DNA of 64,000 nucleotides from a virus, in the IMG/VR virus record IMGVR_UViG_3300043466_002666, one strand, 5' to 3'. Position numbers and translations under genes: made by a program. How positions within the stretch are numbered: the stretch's first letter is position 1; each line of letters opens with the position of its first letter. The notes under the pieces are model-generated. The model did not search any database. It worked only from the letters and a program-made list of their open reading frames with translations, and was not told the DNA's origin. Positions 25,601-37,600 of this stretch are shown piece by piece.

Positions 25601-28127
25601 TTAACTGAACAACTGAGTTTGGAACAGAGTTAATACTTACATTCTTATCAATGAAATCTCCTAGTCTATTATTTAAAAAGTCTCTAGTAGCTTTTTGAGT
25701 TGAAATTCTACTGTGTGCAGCACCACCAATTTCATTATCTCCCAAACCAGCATCTTTTGAAAATTCATCAATAGTAATATCTGAAATTGATAGCTTTAGA
25801 GAAGATAGTTCTCCAATAACTACTCTTTGAGAGAAGCTAATCTCTCCGCTTCTATTTTCTGCTCTAATAAATCGTCCAACTTTAAAATCACCCAGTTCAT
25901 CAGTACCAGAACTATATACTCTTCCTGGATAATCCTCGTATTGCTCATAAGCTTCTACTTTTTGACCTCCATTTTCTGGAAGAGCATTATAATCAATACC
26001 AGAGCCGATGAATTCCCATGTGTGTCCAGATGAGTTTACAACTGATGGTCTATGAAAAGTAACTAATTTTCCTACAGTACCAGATATATTTTGAATTGTA
26101 TTTCCTAAAATTGTACTAGAAACATTAAATTCTGTAGTATATAAATCTGTTCTGGATTCGCAAGTTCCAATGAATAATGGTTGTGGAGTAACAGAATGAT
26201 CTTCAATTGTCATTCCAGGTGTGAATATATTCCTAACCTGAATATCTCCAATTTGTACTTTATTTACAGATACAACTAATATTCTACTATCTGCATCCCA
26301 GGAATAAACCGTTCCATTAGCTGTAGTTGGCCCAGTAATTCCAATAATCTGTTGACCTACATTAAAAACATATGAACCTGATGGAATTGTAATATTTTGA
26401 TAGCTATTGTGGTGATTATCCACATTATCAACAAAGAAGTCTTCTACACTATTATAAAAATAATGTGTTCCCGATGAAGTAGAAGTTAAATTAACTTTAT
26501 ATTGTAGAGATTCATCTTCATATAATTGAATGGTATTATCATCAATATATTTTACAAAATATACTGTATTATCAATTAATCCCCCAATTGGAGCATTTCC
26601 ATTTGCATCATAAAGAATACTATCTTCATTCAATAATCCGTGTAGAGATATTGTAATATAATCATCTATAATATTAACAGCTGTAGATGAAACAATACTA
26701 TATTGGGTTCCTGCAGTTTTAAAATCGGATGTTATTTCTGTTCTGCGTAAAATTCCATTGGCCTCGGCAGATACAAATGTATGTGTGTACTGATCATTTG
26801 GGCCAGATGGTCCGACGTTTACAGTAAAAGTGTTTGTGGTTGTAGATAAAATTTTCAGCCAAGTATTATTAGCTGGATCAGTTGCACGAGGATGTGCTAA
26901 TTGAGTAGCATTTCCATTTGACGAACATGTAAATACTAAAGATTCTTGTTTAATTAAAATCTCCTGCCCTGCAGTAAATCCATGATTAGCAATCGTAATT
27001 GTAGATACGCCAGTTGCTGGATTATATGTTGCGTTGGTTGCAGTATGGGAAGTAGTATTATATAATCTCAATACATAATGGTTGATTACTGGTCGTAGAG
27101 TACCAATAATTTCAAGTGCTTGCTTATTTAAAATTAACTTTTGATTTGATACGATACCTTGGTCAAATATATAATATTCATCTCTGTAACCAGAACCTCT
27201 TAACGCATAGATACCAAAGTTTGATGCCGAGTTTGTAATTGATGCGTATCCACCAGATTGGGCATATACACCATGCTTACAAAAAATCTGAAAGCACGAA
27301 ACTAATTGTGCGTATGCATCATTGATAATGTGCCAAGCAGTACCACCAAAAGAAAGAATGGTAAAATATGCTGCAACCATTGATTTGCCCTGCACTGGAG
27401 CAGCTCCAGCTACAGGAAGTTCTACTTCACTTTGATTTGGAGGGGTATTAGTTTGTGCAATTCTACTACCATCAATTAATGCTCCATTCCCTCCTAAAAA
27501 GGAAATAATTGAACAATCTTTAATGTATGGAGATGTTGAAATAACTGGTTTTGCAGATGAAAGTCCAGTATATGGAACTCTGCTTACATTAGTATCTTCG
27601 ACATCATCAAATGCAATAGCATATCTCCAGGTATAATCTGCATTTCCATTATTATCTAAGTGATCTCTGAAAACAACTCCTTCGATTAATACTTTATTTC
27701 GTATTCTAAAAATATCTTTATTTGCATTGAGTGGGCGAATAATAGCACCCCTTAAATTATCACCAATAATTGAAATATTATCGTTTACAATGATTGGATT
27801 ATTTTCTATATAATCTCCAGTTGCAACGTAAATCGTAACTGGTTTTGGCATTCCAGATGCGACAATACATGCTTGCCTAATTGAAGCAACTGGAAATTCT
27901 ATACCGTCATTGGAATCATTTCCATTAGCAGCAGATACATAAACTCTATTACCACCATACCTATCAACTGGATTTAGTGATACTATTTTTTCATTTTCGC
28001 CCTGTTTACGTTTAATATACGCTTGTCCATCATACGTATTAAGTCCTACTTCTCCCAGATCCAAATCTGTAGTAGTTGGAATACGTCCAGGAACTGCTGA
28101 TCTTTTGAGCTTAATATTTGATGCCAT
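22623..28127 (-). CDS. large virion structural / fibre protein (1834 aa)
   Basis: MASNIKLKRS...DLGEVGLNTYDG fibre-type N-terminus, YVSAANGNDSNDG beta-helix-like head, repeated ITI..HGL...LxY.....IGGL....YFV domains, Gly/Thr-rich. Confidence 0.75.
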   Translation of the reverse strand: MASNIKLKRSAVPGRIPTTTDLDLGEVGLNTYDGQAYIKRKQGENEKIVSLNPVDRYGGNRVYVSAANGNDSNDGIEFPVASIRQACIVASGMPKPVTIYVATGDYIENNPIIVNDNISIIGDNLRGAIIRPLNANKDIFRIRNKVLIEGVVFRDHLDNNGNADYTWRYAIAFDDVEDTNVSRVPYTGLSSAKPVISTSPYIKDCSIISFLGGNGALIDGSRIAQTNTPPNQSEVELPVAGAAPVQGKSMVAAYFTILSFGGTAWHIINDAYAQLVSCFQIFCKHGVYAQSGGYASITNSASNFGIYALRGSGYRDEYYIFDQGIVSNQKLILNKQALEIIGTLRPVINHYVLRLYNTTSHTATNATYNPATGVSTITIANHGFTAGQEILIKQESLVFTCSSNGNATQLAHPRATDPANNTWLKILSTTTNTFTVNVGPSGPNDQYTHTFVSAEANGILRRTEITSDFKTAGTQYSIVSSTAVNIIDDYITISLHGLLNEDSILYDANGNAPIGGLIDNTVYFVKYIDDNTIQLYEDESLQYKVNLTSTSSGTHYFYNSVEDFFVDNVDNHHNSYQNITIPSGSYVFNVGQQIIGITGPTTANGTVYSWDADSRILVVSVNKVQIGDIQVRNIFTPGMTIEDHSVTPQPLFIGTCESRTDLYTTEFNVSSTILGNTIQNISGTVGKLVTFHRPSVVNSSGHTWEFIGSGIDYNALPENGGQKVEAYEQYEDYPGRVYSSGTDELGDFKVGRFIRAENRSGEISFSQRVVIGELSSLKLSISDITIDEFSKDAGLGDNEIGGAAHSRISTQKATRDFLNNRLGDFIDKNVSINSVPNSVVQLNSAGKLNLEIIPPIRNFNTYKTSGLDSRYNLYLDIPAIDAGAGDLVTETVSGVDTSYILQADNISQFIVIEPTQTINITGMTSVEGVISGATGTIDTTKGTNGLQSGVAYGGIITSAGSGYTPLSGSQVYTNVSLTGGSGSGAKADITITGGVIVNVDLTRGGSGYATNNVLSANAAAIGGTGTGFQFTITAIQNRLYINLTGERIKFNATTTNPDYIADANASVKTINTTSTTSLSFNASADVNYLNSRITISSHGLANGDYLIYDSSPNIAIGGLLNNQLYYVKVIDSSTIELYINYGLDPANKINFTSSSSGTHNFTLNHLSTSNNRFYLPSHGFTTSAPVKVTGADVPGGLVNTEYYFVGSVTQNTFTLHATKASATSSVGGTTISPMDLTDVGSGTTTLTEANITIAGSISTSTQYSTNWAVLSGASADAANIVSGVLDPARLAYSGSATDKTFLRGDQVWARAVQGITEETGSPLTLAGDNYVDGADTVYFNRIRFGINKAGGNTTGTSGFTQTGVSAFNKTQFEVTNDGDVTIRPLVVDAITLNGNNDQYYLNPANFNSPVPVIKGGTNITSYAKGDILYGNAVNTLSKLGIGNESEVLTVRSGVPVWSTLGIVVVKAKTTTNLAATYSNGTSGVGATLTGSSSGVLPTFDGVTLSVGDKVLINDQTTKAHNGVYEVTNVGSVSTSYILTRPTISDSIAELGIGYILVQQGSPENTTFWKSNVKTGFTIGTSGIEYYKNVNSGDTLYVDDINHRIGINDSTPDYSLDITGTLRVTGGSSFNDDAYFQDNSIAYFGNSNDLRIFHDGSNSYISDVGTGYLSLESNGTGVILQKQGGEVLGRFLTDGASELYYDNSKKLETTTSGVIITGDLTLTDNEIFDANSLKGSYTASTTSTTQTSILSISAVTYRSVEILVQISQGSNYHMEKILAIHDGTTVYTTTYGIILTNGVLATFDLDISTNNLRLLATPSTASSTTFNISLTAIKV

Positions 28128-28143
28128 AAGACGGTATATACCT

Positions 28144-28182
28144 AAAAAAATAGAGGGATATATATCCCTCTTTCTATTTATT
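28144..28182 (-). terminator. perfect 20-bp palindrome with T-tract, immediately downstream of late box AATAAATA
   Basis: AGAGGGATATATATCCCTCT at 28152-28171, A7 at 28144-28150, tatttatt at 28175-28182. Confidence 0.6.
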
Positions 28183-28184
28183 GA

Positions 28185-28655
28185 TTAATCTCTCGATGGA
28201 TTATATGTTCCGTCTTCTCCAACTTGAGGCATATTAAAGGCATATTCATTTTTTATGTTTGCCAGACTCATTTCAACGGGATTATTTTGCTCTGGAAGAA
28301 AGACTTCGGTTTCAGTTAATTCAAGCTCGGAATCTTCTTTAATTTCTTCTCTTTCTGTCTCATCAATAATATCTATTCGGGAAGGATCATGAATAGCTTC
28401 TGAAACTCCAGATAGATGGTGGTGGGCATAAATTCTAGTTCCATTTTCAATAGGAGTAAATGAAACAGAATAATATCCAATTTTTGGATCAAAGAAAGGA
28501 AGTGGTGAATCAGACTCTATAGTTTTTTGAATCAGTTGTTTAAACTCAGGGGGAACTTTCTCCCCCTGAAGTTGTTCTTCGCAAACTTTGCGATTTTCAC
28601 GATCTAGAAATTGATTTAATTTGATCTCTTGATCTTCATTCAGGAAAAATGACAT
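28185..28655 (-). CDS. hypothetical protein
   Basis: 156-aa ORF with GGAG RBS, between the two giant structural genes. Confidence 0.75.
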   Translation of the reverse strand: MSFFLNEDQEIKLNQFLDRENRKVCEEQLQGEKVPPEFKQLIQKTIESDSPLPFFDPKIGYYSVSFTPIENGTRIYAHHHLSGVSEAIHDPSRIDIIDETEREEIKEDSELELTETEVFLPEQNNPVEMSLANIKNEYAFNMPQVGEDGTYNPSRD

Positions 28656-28668
28656 AGGTTACTCCAAA

Positions 28669-31600
28669 TTAAATGTATACAGTATCAACAGCAATTGTTG
28701 AAGGTTCCGCCGAAACTGTTACGGTAGATTCTAGGTGAACCTTCTTGTTGAATCTAGTCATATTTATGTTCATTAGAGACCATTCAAATGCAGATAGATC
28801 ACCAAATGTAGGTCTTACGGAGAGATGTGCAATATCTTTGGACCACCACCACCATCTGTTGCCGATTGGCTGGACTTGATTTTCGGTATTAAGTAGTGGT
28901 GTCGTGTTATAACTTCTACGTCCAATGTTGAATGCGAAGTTGTAACCATTTGCACCTGCCATTTCGGAAGACATTACATTATCACCTTTGAGGTTTGTTG
29001 TTCCTCTATTTGTTACTGGATTATCAAACTGAACCTTCTTTAGACCTCTTGTTCTGAGGATCCATGCCTCACTTGAAGCAGGAACTGCAGGACCAGGGGC
29101 AGTTAGTCTGACTCTGTTGAAGTCGATTAGATGCAATACAAATCCAACAAAGACATAGTTTGAACCACTCTTATAATATAGTGCATCACCTCTTGCAATC
29201 TTAGCACTTGCGTTGATAAATGTTGCTCCTCCAGTTGGAGATCCAGCTGAAGTTGCAGTGAATAGAGTTCCAGCATTATTATTTGGAGCACCGTATTGGG
29301 TGAAGTCAGTTCCAGATATTGCAGTTCCAGGTACAGAACCAACAGATCCAATAATATAATCAGTACCTACAACAATTGCGTTTGATCCATTTGCAGTTAA
29401 TTCATAACCATCTAGAATATGACCATTACCAGATCCACTGAAAGTAATATCAGTTTGACCAGCAGTTAGTGAGAATGTATAGTCACCGACTCTCTGATAA
29501 ATTGAAGATGTATATGCACCTGGAGTATATGACTGTGCATAATTAATGATCATGGTTTCCTGTAGTCTGGTATTATTGCCAGTTCCCCAGCGAATATCTC
29601 CCCACTTACCAGATACTCCACCTCTGTATTTGAGATCTTGATATCTCCAGGTAATTGTATTGAGTTTTTTGATTCTGCTATTGGAGATAGAATTGAATGT
29701 GCTAGACCACTTATATGGTTGATATGTGAGAGGACCGATACCACCTTCATGATACCAACCTGCCCACCATCTATCATCAAGTAGTTTCTCACTTGTATGC
29801 ATTGAGAGATAAATGTTCTCAGTATTGAGATTAGTATGTTGTACTGGGTTTGGTTGTGAAGAGCCAGTGAGTGCCTGGTTATTCTCCATCAGATAGATTG
29901 GTTGTGAAGAACTGAAGAATGTATCAGTTCCATTGCCATGGAAGTATCTGAAGCTTGGTGAGAATGCCTGTGTATTATAATCTGGAGAATCAGTTAGACC
30001 AAAGTGTGTCCATGCTGGACGAACAGGTTGTGCAGCCAACCAGATACTGTTACCTCTCTGTCTACCCCAGTTGATATTTAAAGCGCCAGAAGATGATAGA
30101 CCAGTTACCTTGACACCATCAACTGTTCTTCCGAAGTTGCCTACCCAGCCAAAGCTACCATAGATACCCTTACCATTGTTTAAAGTACGATTTTGATACC
30201 AGGAATTCCAAACCCTAAATTGTGCAAACTCGACAGATCCACCGAACTCACTGTGCATAAATCTCATTGCAACAGGTCCATCATACTTGAATAGATCACT
30301 TGAATGTGCAACAAGAATATCACTAACTGATAGCCAATCAGATGGAGTTGAGTGTTCTGAATATAGAATATTATCTGGAGAATCAAGAGTTACAGTTGAA
30401 TATCCATCTGGGTCTAACAATGCATTAGTTACAGTGAGTACAGTTCCTGATACCAATTTGAGTGATGGTTTTGGCACAGAGAATAGTAGTCTCTCGCCAT
30501 TTGTAAATCCACCAATATAGTTTACATCATATTCAAATGTCTCTCTTGAGGTTGGTGAATTGGTTGTTAATCTTGCCTTCAAATAAATATCATTTCCACC
30601 AATATTTTCAATATAAATTGTCTCATCTGGCAGATTTGTTCTGAAGGTTAGTGCCTGTCCGTTTGTCAATCCAGTTGAAGTGATATTTGCACTTAGAGTA
30701 ATCTGAGTTGATGTTATGTTTGTAATGGTTGTATTTGGAGGAATATTGTTTCCAGAAACACCATCTCCAACATTCAATCCACTTGTAGAAGACATAGACA
30801 CAACTGCTTGACCAGCAGCTGCTGTTGCATTTGTATTGATTGTTCTATTGTAGAAGAATACTGTACTATTAAAGTCATAATCTACATATCTAATATCAGC
30901 AGAATTTACAGTATTTCTGAGTTCTAGTCTTGGTACAAAGGATACAATTCCACCACTCTGATTAACTTCAGAGACATAAAGAACTAGGTCTTGTGGATAT
31001 CTTGGGTTATCATAGTTAAATACTGCACCTCTAATGATTAAGAAGTCATTCATTGCATATCCAGAACCTGGAGTATCAATAGTTAATGCAGTTACTTCAC
31101 CTCTAGAATCAATTGTGAAGGATACAACTGCACCTACACCAGTATTTGCGGCACTGCCACCTAGAGTTACAAGTGATCTTCTCCATGGATCAGATGTATT
31201 TTGTAAAATTTGACCTGCGTTATTATAGTATACACCAAACTCACTAATAGGTTGTGCAATTATACCCGCATAAGTCGCATCAGGAGTAAGATTTCCTACA
31301 GTAGGTGTAATACCGTAGTCAACATAATAAGTTGTGTTATTATAGACATATGATGTAATTGGAGCTACTGTTGATAGAGTATTTTCATCGGTAATGAATG
31401 AGTGTGAACCACTTGTGTTGCCGAATACATAATTATCACTTTGAGCACCAGTCTTATCAGTATATCTTCTGTGAGTAACTGTGTATGTTCCAGGTCTTCT
31501 GAATCTATCTTCACTACCATAGTAGCTGACTGCAGATCCAATGAATCCCTTGAGTGCATCTCCTTCATTGAGTGAAATATTTCTGATATTGATATATCTT

Positions 31601-34600
31601 CTATTTCCACCTACAAATCTTGTATCTCTTCCAACTCCTTGGATTAGAGTATTTGCTTCATATGTATATTTGACAGTATCACCAGATTGAATTCTTCCAG
31701 ATCTATTAGGAAGTCTGATTTGATTTTGGTTTGTAGTTAGAAGTGGTAAGTTGGAGTTTAGATAACTACCACCACTTCTTGGATATGACCAACCACCCAT
31801 ATTGATGGAGATAAATCCGAAGTTTCTTGAATCCTCATGTGATAGACACTCTGGGTTTGCACCTGAGCCATCAACTGCAGTTCCACCATAACTAATTGGA
31901 TCTGATAGATGTAGTCTGACTACATTACTTGCACTAACTTTTTCAATATCAGAGATTCTTGACTTGAATACATTAGTAAATCTATCCCATGGATGTCCCT
32001 CAGTATTAAATGCAGGGATAATATAAAATTCAGTTCCTGCAGTTAGATTTGTAAGTAGTGGGTTAGAAACTACGAAGGTAATTTCTTCATTTGCAGTAAA
32101 TTCTACTGATTGATTACTGATTGCAGCAGTAGCATTTTGGTTTAACGTAATTGTATAGGTGAAGTTAGGTGAAGTGCCAGTTCTGTTAACAGAAGAAATT
32201 CTGGTTCCAGTTGGAATACTTGAATGTATTACTCTAATTCCAGGAACAAGTCCGAATGCAACTGATGCAGCACCTGTGAGAGTAAATGTATTTGAACCAC
32301 TTGCAATTGTAATGTTTGCAGTTCCAACACCAGTTGTCTGATTACCAGTTAGAGGAATACCATTTAGTCTATCAAGACCTCTGGTTGATTCAATGATTGA
32401 TAGAGGATCAACAACTCCAAAAATTGCTTGTTCTGATCTATTATTAATAAATGTATTTACATTATTGGCAACTTGATGTGGAGCAGCAATATTTTGGAAG
32501 ATAATTCTTCCTGAAGTTTCATTAGTTTGATCATTAAAATCAGCAGTTGCTCTCTTGGTGTTAATGATTTCACCAAAGATTAGGTTATCTCCAATTCTAT
32601 TTCTAGATGATGGGGTAGCAGCAGTTCCACTTGCAGTACCAACTCTAAACTTGTAGAGTTTTGGCCAGGAATCAAATGTATCATTTGTTCCTCTTCTATA
32701 CCAGCTTTGAGCTATATTTCTATGTGGTAGGGAAACAATTTGACCCACTTCAAACTTCTCAGCATCTTCATTTAGAGTGTCTGCAGAGCTAGTGACATCT
32801 ACATATGCTCTATTGGTTGTAGTAATACCAGTGTGAGTTAGATATGAAGTGGATAGAGTTGTGTAACCGATTGCAGCAAGTCGCTTATATGTTGATGCAG
32901 TTGTATCAACTGGATCTGCAAGTTTAATTTCAGTAGCAACTAGGTTGTTAACAGAAATTGTTGGAGTTGCAACAGTTGGGTTAGTTGGATCGCCAGGCTG
33001 TAGATTCTCAGTAATATCAAGACCATCCCAATCATGAATATATGAAGGCCAATACTTGGTATTACTTCTAGTAATAGTTAGTCTATAACCAATTAGATTA
33101 TTCACAAATATTTTATTAAAGTCACAAAGTTCTAGTTCACCGATTTCACATCTACCTGCAGATGGCCAGTATCTTAGAATATTATCATCTTCAAATAGAT
33201 CAAATCTTGATACTAATTCGCCATTTGCAAGTGTTCTGTTATATGTAATATTATATGATTCTTCTTCTAGTCTTACTACTAGTGAAGTTCTGATATCCTC
33301 TGGATTTGCTGGGTTTGCATACTGATAGATGCCTAGATATGGCTTTCCAAGAGTACTCTTAGCAATCTTATAGTTTTGACCACCATACTGAATGTAGTTT
33401 CCTGGAGCAATAATGGACTTAGCACGCTGTAGTGCTGCCTTAATACCAGTTAAACTTGTTTCGATAAAGTTATTTACAATAAATGTGTTGTTAGCAACTG
33501 CAGAGATGATTTCACCTGGCTCAAACATTTCATAATCAACATCAGTGATGTTTGTTCTAACTCTTGCAGTTTCTAGAACTGTAATTTCATAGTAATCATT
33601 TCCAGTTACAGGGTATCTTAGAACATCATTTTTATTGTTATTAAGACCTAATGAAATGATATCGAAGGAAAGAATATTTCCGGCCCCATCTGTCTCTAAT
33701 AAGGCTTTAATCTTATCTCCAGATGTTTGTGTCTTATTTGTATTGGTGAATTCAATTACATTTAAACTTGATCCAGATACTCTTGGAAGAGTTGCAATTC
33801 CATTTCCTCTCTTGACAATAGACACATCTTTTGGATTTGCAAAGATTGATTTCTTTTGTGCAGAATCAAAACCTAGTTCATACTTGGAATAAGTGGTTCC
33901 GTCAGCATTTGCAATCTTCTTGTATCTAGTTGTTAGAGTTGCAAGATAGTTAAATCTCTGTGATGGAATAAAGTTGGTTAGAAGTTGTAGTTGGAAACCA
34001 GACCAGTCAGTAATATTCGCAGTAGAATCATAGTTATTATATTCAATATTTCCAGAATATGTAATTTCAAAGTATGCAGTAGTTCCCTGCTTATAGAAGT
34101 TAAATGTTAAAACAATAGCAAGTACTGAGTCTACATTACCACCTCTTACAATTTTGGTGTAGTTAGGATAAACGTTTTTAGCAATTAATTCTGCTTTATC
34201 CTTTTGAGTTTGAGTATCATAAGGTAAGGTGAACACAAGTGTCTTGGAATTTAAAATCTTACTTGAGTCAGGATGTCCACCAGATACTCCTGCAGCAATA
34301 TTAATAAATGTATTATTAAATCTTAAATTATTTCCATCTAGACTTGAAGAAGTGCTTCCACTATAAGAAATATTCTGAGTTGTAAACTTCTCATCTAGAA
34401 TAACAGTTGTCTTGAATGATGTATTATTGGAATCATATTTAGGAATTGCAGAAATAGTTTGAATTGGGAATGTTCTGGAGTCATAGTCAACCCTCTTGCC
34501 TGATGGCAGGAAGTTTGGCTCGATGTAAAGATTATTAGACTTAGAGAATGTGGTATAATACTTGAAGAGAATATCATCTCTACTTACATTAATTCTCTTG

Positions 34601-37600
34601 AAATCATTATTTCCAATTGCATTAATAACAGTAGTTCCTCTTGGCTCAATGAGATCTACAGAGTGACCATATCCAAACTTATTGGTTGCAATGAGTCTAT
34701 TTGCAAGTGGTGAAGTTGCAGAATTATCATTTCCAGAATATAATAATGAAGACCAATCAAGAGTTAGATTTCCTCTAATTCTTACGCCATTAATGAAGAT
34801 TTGACCATTATTTGTGGAAATGATGCCACCATGATATGCACCGCCATATGTGTTTGAAACATCTGATGCGTCTGAGAATGCACCAATTGTAACATCAGAA
34901 AGTCTGATTTCATTGGTACTACCAGGAATTCCATTGATCTTGATTAAGCTTGCACCTAGATTTCCTACTGATGGAGCTGCAGTAGTTGGGAACTTCTTAC
35001 GAGTTACTCTATAGCTATTTGCATAGTTGATAAATACCTTTCTACCTCTTGTATCCATTCCAGAGCCACTAAGTCTATAACCAGAGCCAGCTTGAGATAG
35101 GTTGTACTTAGCAATTCTTTCAAATTCTTGGTCACTTACGAATCCAGTAGTTCTTCTTCTATCTTGACCAATTGTAACACCATCAATTGTAAATACCTGA
35201 CCATCAAGTAATGCATAACCATTAATATCTGCATAGCTAAATCCAGAGAATGCACCGAGAACTGAAGAATTTGCTCCAGAGTTATCTGGGTGTGATGCAA
35301 CTGCAGAAGCATTCACTTCAAGTAGATAGTATCTTTCATTCTGCCTACCATAAAGTCTTCTAAAACCGTTGGGGAATACTGGAACTGTTATACTATACTC
35401 TTCATTATTATTTCCAATTTGTACAGTGATTGAAGTATGCTTTGCCATATCAAACCACTGTGGGTAGATCTTCTTGGCAGGAACAATTGAACCAACTGTA
35501 ATTGTAATGTTATTTGAAGAGCTTCCTCCGAGTGAGGTGCCTGGAATTGTTAGAATATCTCCAATTTTATATCCAGAACCTGGAGTTGCAACTGTTACTG
35601 ATGTATATGCACCACCACTTCTAGTTACATTAAAGGTTGCTCCTGTTGAACCTGCGGTGCCACCTGTAGCAGCAACTGCAAGATAAGTTTGATCTCCAGT
35701 AACTGCAAAACCAAGTCTGCTGAAGGAGTTAACTCCGCCGAATGATGCACTTGGATTTAGGTCAATTACGAGGTTGATTGTATCTCTCTGATATCCCGCA
35801 ACGATACCAAAGATTTCTGGAGTATCGAATTCTGTATCATCATAACCTTCACCAGATGAAGTATATGACTTGGGTAGGAATTCTCTTCTCTTCTCTAGAC
35901 ACCAGTTGTAAGTTAGTGAAACAAACTCATCACCATCACGGTTGGTAAATACTAGATATACACCATCAGATAGATTGGTTGCAGATGTAAAATCAATATC
36001 CTCATCAGCAGAAGATCTTCCATCAGTTGGATCATATAGAGCACAAATAAGTTCAATTCCTGTCAAAGTAGAACCACTAATTACTTTTTTGACATCAAGA
36101 ACTTTTGTCTTCTTGGTTGATGCAGTTACACTTCCGGTTGTTGCATTTGGGAAGTAATACATGGTTGTGCCAGGAATTACATAATCTCTTAACCAATTAA
36201 ATTTCTGTAAATCAGAAGAAGTTGTGAAGTTAGATGCAGTGAATACAAACTTGATAAATCTTGAATCTTTTGAAATAAAAGTTGTTGAGTCTACAGTTGG
36301 ATTTACAATAGCACCAGAAGCATCAGTTAGAGTTTGATTATTCACATAGTATGAGAACAGACCCTTACCTGCAGATGCAGAATTATAAGTTGTATGGAAT
36401 GCAAGACCACCTTGAATATTTGCAGTTGATGCAGGGAATCCAGCAGATTGTTTTACATACCATGCCTTTCTAACTCTTCTTCTTGCAACGATTGTTGAAG
36501 GATCTGATGAGTAAGAATTATCAAGAATTTCATTTCTTGTAATTGCTTCGTTTAGACCTAGGAAGTGAATATTGGAAATGTTTAGTCCGCCAGTCGAGGT
36601 AATGTTGTCTCCAATGCTTGAAACATAGAGGTTATCAGTTCTTCCTCCCCAGGTATTTGAGAATCCAGGACTTCTGAAGAAGCTTACAGAGTCTCCAGAC
36701 TTAACTTCACTTAGGGAGTATCCGCCAATTCTACCAGCAGATCTCTTAGCGAATTCTTTAGAGTACTGTTCACTAGTTGATTGTACACCGGAACCATTGA
36801 TGACTAGTTTACATGGGAAGTTAGCACCAGTTAGTCTGTAATATCCAGGCTTCATGATGAGTTCCACTTCATCATTTGGACCAAATGATTGATCAGTTGC
36901 AAATTTAGCAACCTGAGTTAGATTTTCAAATGGTTGGAAAGTCTTAACAGCACGCTTAGTTTGTAGGTTTGCACCTAGAGCCTTAGATGTAACTGGGTTT
37001 GGAACAATTGAATCTGTATACTTAGTATCAATATCGCCAGTGTATGGAACTGGTTTCTGTGGTAGAGTATATAGAGTTGCACTTTCAATGTCTACATCTT
37101 CACTGATTGATTCTACATCTGGAATAAATGCAGTCTCAAATGTCCACTTATCTCCATAAGATGCATAAGTTTGACAACCAGTAAAGAAGATTTTGGTAGC
37201 TGAATCATCAATATAAGTTACATTGTTATCTCCACTTGATTGAGTATCAACTCTTCTGAGTAAGCAAAGTTGATTTGCAAAAGATGAAGTCTTGAAGTAG
37301 ATGAATGTAGTATATCTTACATTTCCAGAAACACTGTTTCTGATTGTTACTGCACCTCTTGTTGGAATTGCATTCCAGAAGTTTGAATCAACGGAGATTC
37401 TTACCGAGGTATCTCTTACAGGAGTGTCAACAATATTAGATGCAACATTTTGACCTAAAGTTCCTCTTACATATTGTGTATCAGCAATTGCAACATCATC
37501 GCCAATTACTGAAAGTACAGATGAATAATTCCTTAGAATTGTATGTAGATTGTACTGTGAAGATTTTGGAAGTACACTAGTTACATAGTCATAATATGAC

